A stretch of 32,000 nt of DNA from an uncultured Methanoregula sp. GTDB taxonomy: Archaea > Halobacteriota > Methanomicrobia > Methanomicrobiales > Methanospirillaceae. The notes beneath the pieces were generated by a model that was not told the DNA's origin, did not search any database, and worked only from the letters and a program-made list of their open reading frames with translations. Location of the stretch: the NCBI GenBank assembly GCA_963667735.1, contig OY763919.1:1209539-1241538 (forward strand), written 5' to 3'. Both the position numbers and the translations under genes were made by a program. Position 1 is the stretch's first letter, and every line of letters begins with the position of its first letter. This document shows positions 8,454 to 16,657 of the stretch, piece by piece.

Positions 8454-8475
8454 AAAAAAACCTGCGGACTGCAGG
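8454..8475 (-). terminator. Hairpin + T7 terminator belonging to the displaced (ancestral) msrA 3' end
   Basis: On the minus strand the TGA at 8479-8477 is followed by the stem cctgc/gcagg (8475-8461, 5-nt loop) and then TTTTTTT (8460-8454). Confidence 0.5.
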
Positions 8476-8476
8476 A

Positions 8477-8587
8477 TCAGATGTGACAGGTTCCGCCGTG
8501 TTTCTCGAAATACTGCTGGTGGTACTCCTCGGCCCGGTAGAAGACCCCGGCCGGCTGGATGATCGTTACGATCTTGCCAAACCCGAA
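8477..8587 (-). pseudogene. msrA: Displaced 3' fragment of msrA (last 36 codons + stop), orphaned by the islet insertion
   Basis: The minus-strand translation is [36 protein letters not shown]. This parallels the end of the intact gene at 10494-10607 ([37 protein letters not shown]). There is no upstream coding continuation, and similarity stops abruptly at 8587. Confidence 0.85.
8493..8587. repeat. Left 95-bp direct repeat (attL-like) flanking the islet
   Basis: The sequence is ccgccgtgtttctcgaaatactgctggtggtactcctcggcccggtagaagaCcccggcCggctggatgatCgttacgatcttgccaaacccgaa. It differs from 10513-10607 at 3 positions, all C/T transitions. Confidence 0.9.
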
Positions 8588-8610
8588 ATCATCGGACAAC
8601 TAATAAGAAA

Positions 8611-8620
8611 TTATATATAA
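8611..8620 (+). promoter_or_regulatory. Islet-borne TATA box for the SLATT-TIR operon
   Basis: The sequence ttatatataa lies ~45 nt upstream of ATG 8663, immediately inside the islet boundary. A second TATA-like tract, tctataatataa, sits at ~8636-8647. Confidence 0.4.
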
Positions 8621-8662
8621 TTTTACCTATTGTCTATCTATAATATAATCTTCTCCGGATTT

Positions 8663-9130
8663 ATGCCTCCTTCTGAGAACCCGACCGTTGAGAGACTTGA
8701 AGCGCAGTTGAGGTATTACAGCCAGAGCAGTCGGAAAAACCGGCTCTGGTACAAGTGGCTCAAAGTTGCAGAAATTATTGCGGCGGCTGCAATTCCTCTG
8801 GTTGTTGTGATATTTCCAACACCCAAATGCTCAGATCCGCCGGTTACCGCTGCATTCATCGCTGCCCTGTTGGGGATGCTGATTGTCATACTCGAAGGGT
8901 TCCAGGGTCTCAACCAGTACCAGCACAACTGGATTACCTTCCGCAGCACGGCAGAAGACCTGAAACATGAGAAATATCTCTGGCTTGCAAAGGCGGGACC
9001 GTATGCGAATACTGCCAATCCCGATACACTCCTTGCAGAGCGTATTGAATCCCTGATCTCGCGGGAACACTCTAAATGGATTTCATCCCGTGAACGGGAA
9101 CCGAAGAACAATTCGGAAAGTGAAAAATAA
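8663..9130 (+). CDS. SLATT / DUF4231-family 2-TM protein (predicted membrane effector)
   Basis: The DUF4231 hallmark order is present. The N-terminal helix is RLEAQLRYYSQSSRKNRLWYKWLKVAEII. The two TM helices are AAAAIPLVVVIF and VTAAFIAALLGMLIVILEGF. These are followed by QHNWITFRSTAEDLKHEKYLWLAKAGPY. I prefer ATG 8663, because the track start at 8630 is a TTG. Confidence 0.8.
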   Translation: MPPSENPTVERLEAQLRYYSQSSRKNRLWYKWLKVAEIIAAAAIPLVVVIFPTPKCSDPPVTAAFIAALLGMLIVILEGFQGLNQYQHNWITFRSTAEDLKHEKYLWLAKAGPYANTANPDTLLAERIESLISREHSKWISSREREPKNNSESEK

Positions 9131-9140
9131 GGAGTGGATT

Positions 9141-10385
9141 GTGAGCCCGGATGTTTTCATCAGTTATGCTTCAGAGGATAGAGAGATCGGGCTATCTATC
9201 TGTAATGGTCTTGAGGATGAGGGCATTTCCTGCTGGATCGCACCCCGAGATATTCTTCCCGGCATGGTCTATGCAGAAGCGATAATCAAAGGGATCGATT
9301 CAGCAAAAGTGCTCGTTCTGGTATTTTCCTCTCACGCCAATGCATCTCCCCATATCATCCGCGAAGTGGAACGGGCCGTGCACAATAATGCAATTATCAT
9401 TCCTGTGAAACTTGAGAAGATTGATCCTTCCCCGGCTCTTCAGTATTATATTAGTGCTCCCCAGTGGATTGATGCAACTGGAGGAATATTAGAATCTCAT
9501 ATTAATCAACTCGTGGAGACCTTGAAAAAACACTTGTCTCTGGAATGTGTACATGAGCTTAAGGTTAATTCTTTAGAAGATGTCTCACAACAAAATGGTC
9601 CACTGAATCCATCCCCCGGTATTAGTCGCTCATTTTTTCGATGGAGTGTGTTGAATTTTAAAAAAATATTGATAATAATCGTTTTGCTTCTTTTTATCGC
9701 AAGTATTTCAACATATATTGTTGTTTTTCGAGATGGCGATAGTAAAAGTGCATTTATAATTGGCGATCCATATGTGGGGTATTATAGTAAGTCCTCCCCC
9801 GTTTTCACCTCCACTATGCCTAACTGGAGTGGATATATGGAAAATTATCCTCATAATAGTTTTATCGGTAAAGGCGATTTATCTCAACAAAATTCACGCA
9901 ATTTCCTTATAATTGAGTTCCCCGTCCATTTTCTATTACCCGCAAACGATGTTAGCTTTAATTATACTTGTATCGGTGATGATGGTGATTACGCCACTCC
10001 AGTTCCACCACCACATGATCAATGGGGGTATACACATAATCCCGAATTTAGTGTTGCTGTGACGAACGTGACAAATTGGTGGGGTGACTGGGTTGATGAT
10101 TCGAGTGGAGAGCGTACAAATTACAATAAAACAAATATTTTTTTAGTATCGTATTTTGATAAAACTTCTTTTGGGTCAAACAAATCGGGTTCTGAACCGA
10201 TTTTTACAAGTGGCCTCTCTCGTGGATCTCATATTCAAACAATTGGACAAGGAGATATTATGTTAAATATGGAAATTTTCTCTCTCGGTAATGGATATCA
10301 TAAATATACTTGTACGTATATTGTCACATCGAAAGAGCCCAAATGGACTCAGCAAAAAACGATAATTTTAAGCCATTATGATTGA
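9141..10385 (+). CDS. TIR-domain protein with a single TM helix and an orphan C-terminal extracytoplasmic domain
   Basis: The N-terminal TIR (TIR_2-like) domain reads DVFISYASEDREIGLSICNGLEDEGISCWIAPRDILPG...VLVLVFSSHANASPHIIREVERA, with a putative catalytic Glu codon at 9363-9365. The TM helix is ILIIIVLLLFIASISTYIVVF (about 9666-9728). It is followed by ~215 aa with no family I recognise and five NxS/T sequons. The likely start is GTG 9141, 6 nt after aaggag and 10 nt after the SLATT stop. The ORF track begins at an upstream GTG (9090) that overlaps the SLATT gene. Confidence 0.8.
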   Translation: MSPDVFISYASEDREIGLSICNGLEDEGISCWIAPRDILPGMVYAEAIIKGIDSAKVLVLVFSSHANASPHIIREVERAVHNNAIIIPVKLEKIDPSPALQYYISAPQWIDATGGILESHINQLVETLKKHLSLECVHELKVNSLEDVSQQNGPLNPSPGISRSFFRWSVLNFKKILIIIVLLLFIASISTYIVVFRDGDSKSAFIIGDPYVGYYSKSSPVFTSTMPNWSGYMENYPHNSFIGKGDLSQQNSRNFLIIEFPVHFLLPANDVSFNYTCIGDDGDYATPVPPPHDQWGYTHNPEFSVAVTNVTNWWGDWVDDSSGERTNYNKTNIFLVSYFDKTSFGSNKSGSEPIFTSGLSRGSHIQTIGQGDIMLNMEIFSLGNGYHKYTCTYIVTSKEPKWTQQKTIILSHYD

Positions 10386-10493
10386 AAATCGGATTTAATC
10401 TGAATTTGGAAAATGATGTCTCCATTTTTAAGGCAAATGTGATTCACATAATCTACCGTCCTCTTTTTTCTGCCGCGCTGTACGTGGGGACTA

Positions 10494-10985
10494 TTATCTG
10501 GTATGGCATTGCCCGCCGTGTTTCTCGAAATACTGCTGGTGGTACTCCTCGGCCCGGTAGAAGATCCCGGCTGGCTGGATGATTGTTACGATCTTGCCAA
10601 ACCCGAACCGGCCGGAAACCTCCTGCTCCAGCTTCGATGCCCGTGCCTGTTTCGCCTGGTCAGGATCATGGTAAAAGATCACCGACCGGTAGTTTGACCC
10701 GATATCCGGTCCCTGCCGGTTGAGCTGCGTGGGGTCGTGGATCGACCAGAACACCTCAAGCAACTCTTCATACCCGACCCGCGATGGATCGTAGGTTACC
10801 TGCACAACCTCTGCATGCCCGGTCTCGCCTGTGCAGACCTGTTCGTACGTGGGATTTTTGGTAAAGCCTCCCATGTACCCCACTGCTGTGCCAGAAACTC
10901 CGTCAAGCTTCCGGAACGCTGCCTCAACGCCCCAGAAACAGCCGGCCCCGAACGTGGCTGTTCTTCCTGTGCCGTCTTCTGCCAT
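10494..10985 (-). CDS. msrA: Peptide-methionine (S)-S-oxide reductase MsrA
   Basis: The active-site motif is [12 protein letters not shown], and the product has MsrA-like length. The preferred start is ATG 10985 (MAEDG...), preceded by caggagtggatt. The last ~38 codons lie in or beyond the right direct repeat. Confidence 0.9.
   Translation of the reverse strand: MAEDGTGRTATFGAGCFWGVEAAFRKLDGVSGTAVGYMGGFTKNPTYEQVCTGETGHAEVVQVTYDPSRVGYEELLEVFWSIHDPTQLNRQGPDIGSNYRSVIFYHDPDQAKQARASKLEQEVSGRFGFGKIVTIIQPAGIFYRAEEYHQQYFEKHGGQCHTR
10513..10607. repeat. Right 95-bp direct repeat (attR-like), part of the intact msrA
   Basis: It is 92/95 identical to 8493-8587. In the msrA frame, two of the three differences are synonymous and one is a V/I change. 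Confidence 0.9.
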
Positions 10986-11052
10986 AATCCACTCCTGTAT
11001 GATCATGGAACCCGGGAACAATAAGATTCTCCGATCTCAGGAACGCATCACG

Positions 11053-11059
11053 TATATAA
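11053..11059 (+). promoter_or_regulatory. Candidate TATA box for pspC-like gene (short or no leader)
   Basis: The sequence tatataa is centred ~27 nt upstream of ATG 11082, in the msrA/pspC divergent intergenic region. Confidence 0.35.
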
Positions 11060-11081
11060 TGGCAACAACCCCAGTTTATTC

Positions 11082-11297
11082 ATGAAACAACTGACCCGGC
11101 CAGAGAACGGCCGTATGATCGGGGGGGTCTGCGCGGGGATCGGTCAGCACCTGGATGTCGACCCGACCGTTATACGGATAATCTGGGTTGCCTTGACCCT
11201 CCTCTCCCTCGGTACCGGCATCATCGTCTATATCATTGCCTGGATTCTCATCCCCGAAGCTCCCCGGGATCCTCCGGCTTCCCTGTCACCCCCATAA
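11082..11297 (+). CDS. PspC-domain membrane protein
   Basis: The sequence RPENGRMIGGVCAGIGQHLDVDPTVIRIIWVAL is followed by a TM helix (GIIVYIIAWILIP). This is the classic PspC-domain pattern. Confidence 0.75.
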   Translation: MKQLTRPENGRMIGGVCAGIGQHLDVDPTVIRIIWVALTLLSLGTGIIVYIIAWILIPEAPRDPPASLSPP

Positions 11298-11353
11298 CCG
11301 TACCGGACTAACAATTCATCAGGGACAACGACAAACCTGTAGGCAGGCAATTG

Positions 11354-12460
11354 ATGAAGATCCTTTTTGTAGTCTGCGGTGAGGGACTCGGGCATGCATC
11401 CCGCTGTCTCCATCTCGGGCATTACATGCAGCAGCAGGGCCACACCATCCACTACGCCGGGTACGGCAAATCCTATGATTTCATGCAGCAGCACGGGTGC
11501 CAGATGCTGCATAAGATCCCCCGCGAGGTTTGCCTTGAGGGGGAGGGAGGCTTCTTCGACCTGAAAAAGACCCTCTGGTGTTCCAAGTCGGTGGCCCTCG
11601 ACCTGCTCAAATCCGCAGCAGCCGTGCGCCGTCTCCTCCATGACAACGAGTTCGACTGCGTTGTCTGCGATACCATGTACGGGGGACTGTTCTCAGCCTG
11701 GGCCCGCAGGATCCCGAGGGTTTTCATCACCAACCAGAACCATTTCAATGGCCATGCCGGCAAGACCAACCCGGTCTGGCACCTCCTCAACCTCTTAATC
11801 CGGCGCTACATCGGCTTTTTTTCCCCCCACATCATCGTCCCCGATTACCCGTCCCCGGATACGGTGAGCGAATACAACCTTGTCATGCCCTATCGCTCGA
11901 AACCCCGGTATTATTTTACCGGCCCGTTCTACGAGTTCGACCCCACCAAGTACGTGTACGACAAGAAGACCATCTTCACCAGTTTCGGGGGGGAACCCTA
12001 CAAGCTCCCGATGTACCTGATGCTCAAGGCGATAGCCGACCAGCACAAGGAAGAGTTCTTCGATGTCTTTTATACCGGCCCGCAGATCCCGGAATCCTCG
12101 GACAACTTCGCCTCCCACGGGTACGTCCCCAACCTCTACGAGCACCTTGCGCTGGCAAAGATTGCGATCGTCCACGGGGGCCTCACTACCCTCCACGAAG
12201 CCCTGCTCTTCGAGAAACCCGTGCTCATCATCATGGACCCGAACCACCCCGAGCAGCAGAACAATGCCAAGAAGATAGTTGACATGGGTGCAGGGATCGC
12301 CATCGACGGCAGGGATGTGACCAAAGAGGTGCTTGAGGAGAAGATCGCCGAGACGCTCCTCCTGACCCCCCGGCCGTTCCAGGCCAAGCATGCGGAGATC
12401 AACGGGCGGAAGGCGGCCTCGGATATCATCCTTGGCCTCTGCAAACGCCGGCAGCCTTAA
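11354..12460 (+). CDS. GT-B glycosyltransferase (MurG/GT28-like, MJ1255-type)
   Basis: The N-terminus is MKILFVVCGEGLGHASRCLHLG (the G-rich loop of MurG-like GTs). The C-terminal half contains ...VHGGLTTLHEALLFEKPVLII... The true start is ATG 11354, because 11351 is a TTG. Confidence 0.75.
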   Translation: MKILFVVCGEGLGHASRCLHLGHYMQQQGHTIHYAGYGKSYDFMQQHGCQMLHKIPREVCLEGEGGFFDLKKTLWCSKSVALDLLKSAAAVRRLLHDNEFDCVVCDTMYGGLFSAWARRIPRVFITNQNHFNGHAGKTNPVWHLLNLLIRRYIGFFSPHIIVPDYPSPDTVSEYNLVMPYRSKPRYYFTGPFYEFDPTKYVYDKKTIFTSFGGEPYKLPMYLMLKAIADQHKEEFFDVFYTGPQIPESSDNFASHGYVPNLYEHLALAKIAIVHGGLTTLHEALLFEKPVLIIMDPNHPEQQNNAKKIVDMGAGIAIDGRDVTKEVLEEKIAETLLLTPRPFQAKHAEINGRKAASDIILGLCKRRQP

Positions 12461-12493
12461 GTAACGGGAGAAAAAAGATCCTTTCAGGATACG

Positions 12494-12766
12494 ATGAGCA
12501 TGGAAAAGAACGGGGAAATATCCCACCTCAAGGTTACGGAAGAGCTGCATACCTGCCCCTCCTGCGGGTACGACAAGGGTTTCCATACCTCGTTCCTGAA
12601 CGTGAACTCCTCTGACAATCCGGTCAAGTCCACCCGGGAGGTCTTCCGGGTGATCCTCATCTGCCCGGAGTGCGGCGCCCGCTATGATGTCGGGTGGCGG
12701 GTCTCGTTCGTTGAGCCCGAGAGCCGGTTTACGAAAACCATTGTCCTGCCTCCCCCCAGCTCATGA
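12494..12766 (+). CDS. Small zinc-ribbon protein (hypothetical)
   Basis: The 90-aa protein has CPSCGYDKG...CPECGARYD (CxxC x ~40 CxxC). Its codon composition matches neighbouring genes. Confidence 0.5.
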   Translation: MSMEKNGEISHLKVTEELHTCPSCGYDKGFHTSFLNVNSSDNPVKSTREVFRVILICPECGARYDVGWRVSFVEPESRFTKTIVLPPPSS

Positions 12767-12827
12767 ACCGGCAGATCCCGCGTTTCTGTTCTCTCCTTTC
12801 CCTCCTGCCGGTACGGTGTGAAGGGCC

Positions 12828-13973
12828 ATGATGCAGTGTGCCGAATGCAAAGGCAAGGGCCGGTGCGGCCTTCCCCGCTGCCCGATCGTGAGCCGGTTCC
12901 ATACGCAGGCGCAGATCAAGCCCGTGAGCAGTTACCAGGGATCCGCCCCGTCTGTTTTTATCGGGAGTTACGGTTACCCGGATGTCACGGGCGGCCCCCT
13001 GATGATCAATGACTCCGACAACCCGCAGGACTGGATAAAGAAGGGGCTCGGGATCGAGGAGATCGTCGCGGTCCGGGCCCGGACCATCCGCGGGAATTCG
13101 CACCTTCCCTCGGTTGCCGAAAACCTGCAGGAGATTGCAATCTCGAGCCGCCCGCTGGATGTGGATGTGGCGTTCGAGAAGCCCGTTGCTTTCAGCCTCA
13201 GTTTTGACGGAACGGTAGCCCCGGTCGGGTTCTCCGGCCCGGTCCGGTCCCTGGACGTGGTCGGGAGCGCACGGGTGGAGCGGGCGGTTGACCGGATCAC
13301 GTCGGATACCGATCTCCCGGCAACGGACGCGGCCGTCTCCCTCATGGACGCGGACATCGATGTATACCAGATAGCAAAGCTGATGACGGCCGGGCTGCTC
13401 GGGAAGCGGCGCACGTTCGTTCCCACCCGCTGGGCGATCACCGCGGTCGACGATACCCTCTCAAAGAGCCTCAAAAAAGAGATCTCCCGGTTCCCCCCGA
13501 TAGGCGAGATCTCGGTCTTCTCGGCGGAGATCTACGGGAACCGGATCGTCTGCCTCCTGGTCCCCGGCGATTACCGGTTCGAGATGATCGAGATCTGGGG
13601 AAGACAGACGCTCTGGGCCGGCGACGAAGAAGTGATCGTGCAGGATCGCGAGGGGGCAAAGAAGAGCGGGTATTCCCCCATATCCGGTGCCTACTACTCG
13701 GCCCGGCTTGCGGTCTGCGAGTACCTGGTAAAGATCCGGAGGTCGGCCCGGATCGTTGTCATCCGGAGCGTTTCGAGCGATTACTGGGCGCCGCTCGGGA
13801 CCTGGGTGATCCGGGAAGCTACCCGGAAGGCGATGGAGAACCTGCCCGTCACCTGCGCAACGCTCGACGATGGGGTCCGGAGAGCCAGCGCTGCAACCGG
13901 GTCGGATACCTGGCTTGCGAAAAGCACCCTGATCCCCGAGATGAAAGCCCAGAGAACGCTCTTTCAGTTCTGA
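12828..13973 (+). CDS. Nre-family (NreA-like) archaeal DNA repair protein
   Basis: The Cys-rich N-terminus is [20 protein letters not shown]. The length of ~380 aa fits the family. The C-terminal PIP-like peptide is QRTLFQF*. It is positioned tail-to-tail with the ATP-dependent DNA ligase, as is commonly reported for nre genes. The assignment is from memory of the family, not a search. Confidence 0.6.
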   Translation: MMQCAECKGKGRCGLPRCPIVSRFHTQAQIKPVSSYQGSAPSVFIGSYGYPDVTGGPLMINDSDNPQDWIKKGLGIEEIVAVRARTIRGNSHLPSVAENLQEIAISSRPLDVDVAFEKPVAFSLSFDGTVAPVGFSGPVRSLDVVGSARVERAVDRITSDTDLPATDAAVSLMDADIDVYQIAKLMTAGLLGKRRTFVPTRWAITAVDDTLSKSLKKEISRFPPIGEISVFSAEIYGNRIVCLLVPGDYRFEMIEIWGRQTLWAGDEEVIVQDREGAKKSGYSPISGAYYSARLAVCEYLVKIRRSARIVVIRSVSSDYWAPLGTWVIREATRKAMENLPVTCATLDDGVRRASAATGSDTWLAKSTLIPEMKAQRTLFQF

Positions 13974-15616
13974 TAGGCCTGGGCCGAATTAGCCTGCCGC
14001 AAATAGCGCTCGCGGATGCTCCCGAGGGTCTCGATATCGGCGAGATCCTTGTCGTCCCGGATCCGGATGAACCTCGGGAACCTGAGGGCATAACCGCCAT
14101 CATAGTTCTGGCTTGCCTGCAGTTCGGCATACCCGACTTCGAAAACAAGGGACGGCTCAAACGTGACTTCTTTTCCGGCTTTCCGGATCACGCTGTCCTT
14201 GAGGAGTTCGTAAACTTCGATCAGCTGCTCGTCGGAGAACCCGGTTGCCACCCGGCTCAACGGGATCAGTTTCCCGCTGTCCTGGCAGGCAACGAGGAAC
14301 GATCCAAAGACATGGGCCCGTTTCCCCTCGCCCCATTCGGCGCCGATGACGGCAAGATCGAGCGTGTCCACCTGCGGCTTGATCTTGATCCAGTTCTTTC
14401 CCCGCTGCCCGGGTGTGTAGGGCGACCCGGGCACCTTGATCATGATGCCTTCGTGGCCTGCAGCGAGAGCGTCGGCGTAGGTCTTCTCTATTGTTGCCTG
14501 GTCACTGCTGACTACCTGCGGGGCAACGTACTGGCGGATGGTGCTCTCCAGTTTTTTCCTCCGCTCTGAAAGCGGCAGATCGATGAGCGTCTCCCCGTCC
14601 AGGTACAGGATGTCGAAGACATTGGGGATCATCTCGATAGCTTCTGTTGCCTCAGCCACATCGTGCCTCCTGCGGAACCTGCGCAGCACCGACTGGAACG
14701 GCATGGGTCTGCCATCCTTGACAGCGATAACTTCCCCGTCGATGATAACATCGTGGTCGGTAGCGGCCATCAGCTGCTCTATCACGTCCGGCAGGGCTGC
14801 TGTCACGTCCTCGAGCCTGCGCGAGTACATCCGGGCCCAGTTGCCTTTCTTGTGGAACTGGAACCGGGACCCGTCATACTTGAACTCGGCGGCGATCTCC
14901 CCGTGCTCTTCGATCATGCCGGCGATCGTCCCCTGCTGGGCCAGCATCATCCGGAGCGGGTGGAACGGGGTGATCCGGACTGCGGTGAGTGCATCGGGGC
15001 CGGTCTTTGCAAGCCTTGCCACTTCGCCCATGTCGTTGAGCGCCTGCATGGCATGCTCCACGAGAGCGGAGTCGACATTGAATGCTTTTGCCACCGCTTC
15101 CCTCACACTGCCCTCCCCTACCCCGATCCGGAGTTCTTCGAGCAGGATCCGGGCCAGGTACCGGCCTTCGAGTGGGTGGGCGTTGGCCAGGAGCCGGCGG
15201 ACCTCGAGCAGTTTCTCCCGCTGGGATTTCTTCCCCTCCTGGCCGGCAATGCTGATGAGGGCATTGTACACATGCACGAGATCCAGCTCCTCGTGGAAGA
15301 ACGTCATCTGCGATTTGGCTGAGAGCAGCTCCTCGACTGCCTGCCCGACATCGCCGGTCTTGTTGATCCGCTCGATCACGTCCTCCTTTTTTACTCCTGC
15401 CACGTACCCGATAGCTTCGTAGAGCAGGTTCGGGCCGATGCCGAGCTTCTGCGAGGACCAGTCCGGGAAGATCCGCCCCATCACAAAGCAGACAAAGACC
15501 GGCAGTTCCTCGTCCGAGAGCCCGGGCAGAACTTCGCTGATGATGGCAATCATATCGAGCCGGCCGGCTGTTGCTTCGAGCCGTTCGCAGCACCGGGAAA
15601 AATCCATGAAGAGCAT
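13964..15616 (-). CDS. lig: ATP-dependent DNA ligase (archaeal Lig1 type)
   Basis: Adenylation motif I is [12 protein letters not shown] (KxDG). Later motifs are present, including EGIMIK and [13 protein letters not shown]. The product is 550 aa. Its 3' end overlaps the nre gene by 10 bp in convergent orientation. Confidence 0.9.
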   Translation of the reverse strand: MLFMDFSRCCERLEATAGRLDMIAIISEVLPGLSDEELPVFVCFVMGRIFPDWSSQKLGIGPNLLYEAIGYVAGVKKEDVIERINKTGDVGQAVEELLSAKSQMTFFHEELDLVHVYNALISIAGQEGKKSQREKLLEVRRLLANAHPLEGRYLARILLEELRIGVGEGSVREAVAKAFNVDSALVEHAMQALNDMGEVARLAKTGPDALTAVRITPFHPLRMMLAQQGTIAGMIEEHGEIAAEFKYDGSRFQFHKKGNWARMYSRRLEDVTAALPDVIEQLMAATDHDVIIDGEVIAVKDGRPMPFQSVLRRFRRRHDVAEATEAIEMIPNVFDILYLDGETLIDLPLSERRKKLESTIRQYVAPQVVSSDQATIEKTYADALAAGHEGIMIKVPGSPYTPGQRGKNWIKIKPQVDTLDLAVIGAEWGEGKRAHVFGSFLVACQDSGKLIPLSRVATGFSDEQLIEVYELLKDSVIRKAGKEVTFEPSLVFEVGYAELQASQNYDGGYALRFPRFIRIRDDKDLADIETLGSIRERYLRQANSAQAYQN

Positions 15617-15754
15617 GGCGTAACTTGCTTTTGATGTTGCTTGGGGTTATGGATTAAGATTGTGTTCTTTGGGCTATTCTCCCCCCGTGATTCTTCCCCT
15701 TGTGAGGAAATGCCAAAGAAAAAAGCTGGTCTTCCGGTTCCGGTAACCCGGTGA

Positions 15755-16543
15755 TCAAAACCGGAGACACTGGGGATGAGCAGCCGAGGTCCCGTCCTGG
15801 GTGGCGACCGTTACCCGGTGTTCCTCGAAAAAGAGGCCGAGGCCCTCCCGGGCACTCCCTTTTGCTTTCTCGGGGGTATTGTTCATCTCGCTCAGGTGGG
15901 CGAGGATGACTTCGGGCACGTCTTTTCCGAACTCCCGCAGGCAGAGGGCGGCGTCCGGGTTGGAGAGATGGCCGCGTTTTGATCGGATCCGGCGTTTGAG
16001 GGATTCGGGATAGGGGCCGTTTGCAAGCATCTCGGGACAATGGTTGCTCTCAAGAATGATCCCGTCGCAGGGCAGGAGCAGATCCAGCATCTGCGGGGTG
16101 ACAATACCGGTATCCGTGCAGTACCCGATCCGGCAGTCGCCCTCCCGGATGATGAACCCGCACGGTTCGGCTGCATCGTGGGAGATGGCAAACGGCTCGA
16201 TTGTGAAATCCCCGACTGTGAACTCTTCGCGGTACCGGCACACCCGACTCTCCAGGGGTTTTTCGGAAGTCCGGCGGTGATTGAGGAAATCGGCCAGCGT
16301 CCCTTCCGTTGCATAGACCGGCAGATCCAGTTTCCGGCAGAGGACGTCCAGGCCCCGGATATGGTCCCCGTGCTCGTGGGTGACAAGAATGGAGAGCAGC
16401 TGTTCCGGGTCGAGCCCGGCCCGGGCCATGCGGAGAAGCAGTTCCTTTGCACTCAGGCCAGCGTCGATGAGGATGCTCCCGGAGGATCCTTCAAGGACAA
16501 CCGAATTTCCCTTGCTCCCGCTTGCAAGAACAATGCAGCGCAT
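15755..16543 (-). CDS. MBL-fold metallo-hydrolase
   Basis: The N-terminus LASGSKGNSVVLEGSSGSILIDAG and the HxHxDH motif (THEHGDHIRG) are present. A later His and AHLS occur near the C-terminus. Confidence 0.85.
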   Translation of the reverse strand: MRCIVLASGSKGNSVVLEGSSGSILIDAGLSAKELLLRMARAGLDPEQLLSILVTHEHGDHIRGLDVLCRKLDLPVYATEGTLADFLNHRRTSEKPLESRVCRYREEFTVGDFTIEPFAISHDAAEPCGFIIREGDCRIGYCTDTGIVTPQMLDLLLPCDGIILESNHCPEMLANGPYPESLKRRIRSKRGHLSNPDAALCLREFGKDVPEVILAHLSEMNNTPEKAKGSAREGLGLFFEEHRVTVATQDGTSAAHPQCLRF

Positions 16544-16657
16544 TGTCTCACCTATTCGTCGCGATCCTATTAGAGCCTAGAGCCTGTACCCTGCCGTGCA
16601 GGAATAAAAAAGGCGGGATGATCGTTCAGCTGGGACCTTACCGCATGACTACATGAG

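Larger units (their letters stand above)
8588..10512. mobile_element. AT-rich ~1.9-kb integrated islet in the msrA 3' end (no integrase or transposase), carrying the SLATT-TIR cassette
   Basis: It is bounded by the 95-bp direct repeats. It supplies a replacement msrA terminus (…QCHTR*, stop 10494-10496). Hand-counted GC of single 60-nt lines inside is 22% (9661-9720), 35% (9541-9600) and 38% (10081-10140), against 55% in msrA (10621-10680). Confidence 0.65.

Noticed and set aside
9090-9140. The upstream GTG start (9090) for the TIR gene, which overlaps the SLATT gene by 41 nt
   Set aside because: GTG 9141 has a canonical aaggag 6 nt upstream and sits just after the SLATT stop. The extra 17 residues (MNGNRRTIRKVKNKEWI) precede the conserved DVFISY TIR beta-A strand and are not needed. 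The longer form cannot be excluded without experimental data.
9129-9143. An identical 11-mer, aggagtggatt, immediately before the start codons of both the TIR gene (plus strand) and msrA (minus strand, 10986-10996)
   Set aside because: The match was intriguing because the islet sits in msrA. However, the shared string is essentially a Shine-Dalgarno core plus a short spacer, and similarity does not extend beyond it. It is most simply a coincidence under common translational constraints.
8588-10512. A search for an integrase, transposase, terminal inverted repeats or a tRNA-like att site inside the islet
   Set aside because: None was found. The only ORFs are the SLATT and TIR genes, and the ends are direct rather than inverted repeats. 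I therefore did not call it an IS, transposon or complete provirus/plasmid, only an integrated islet of unknown mobility.
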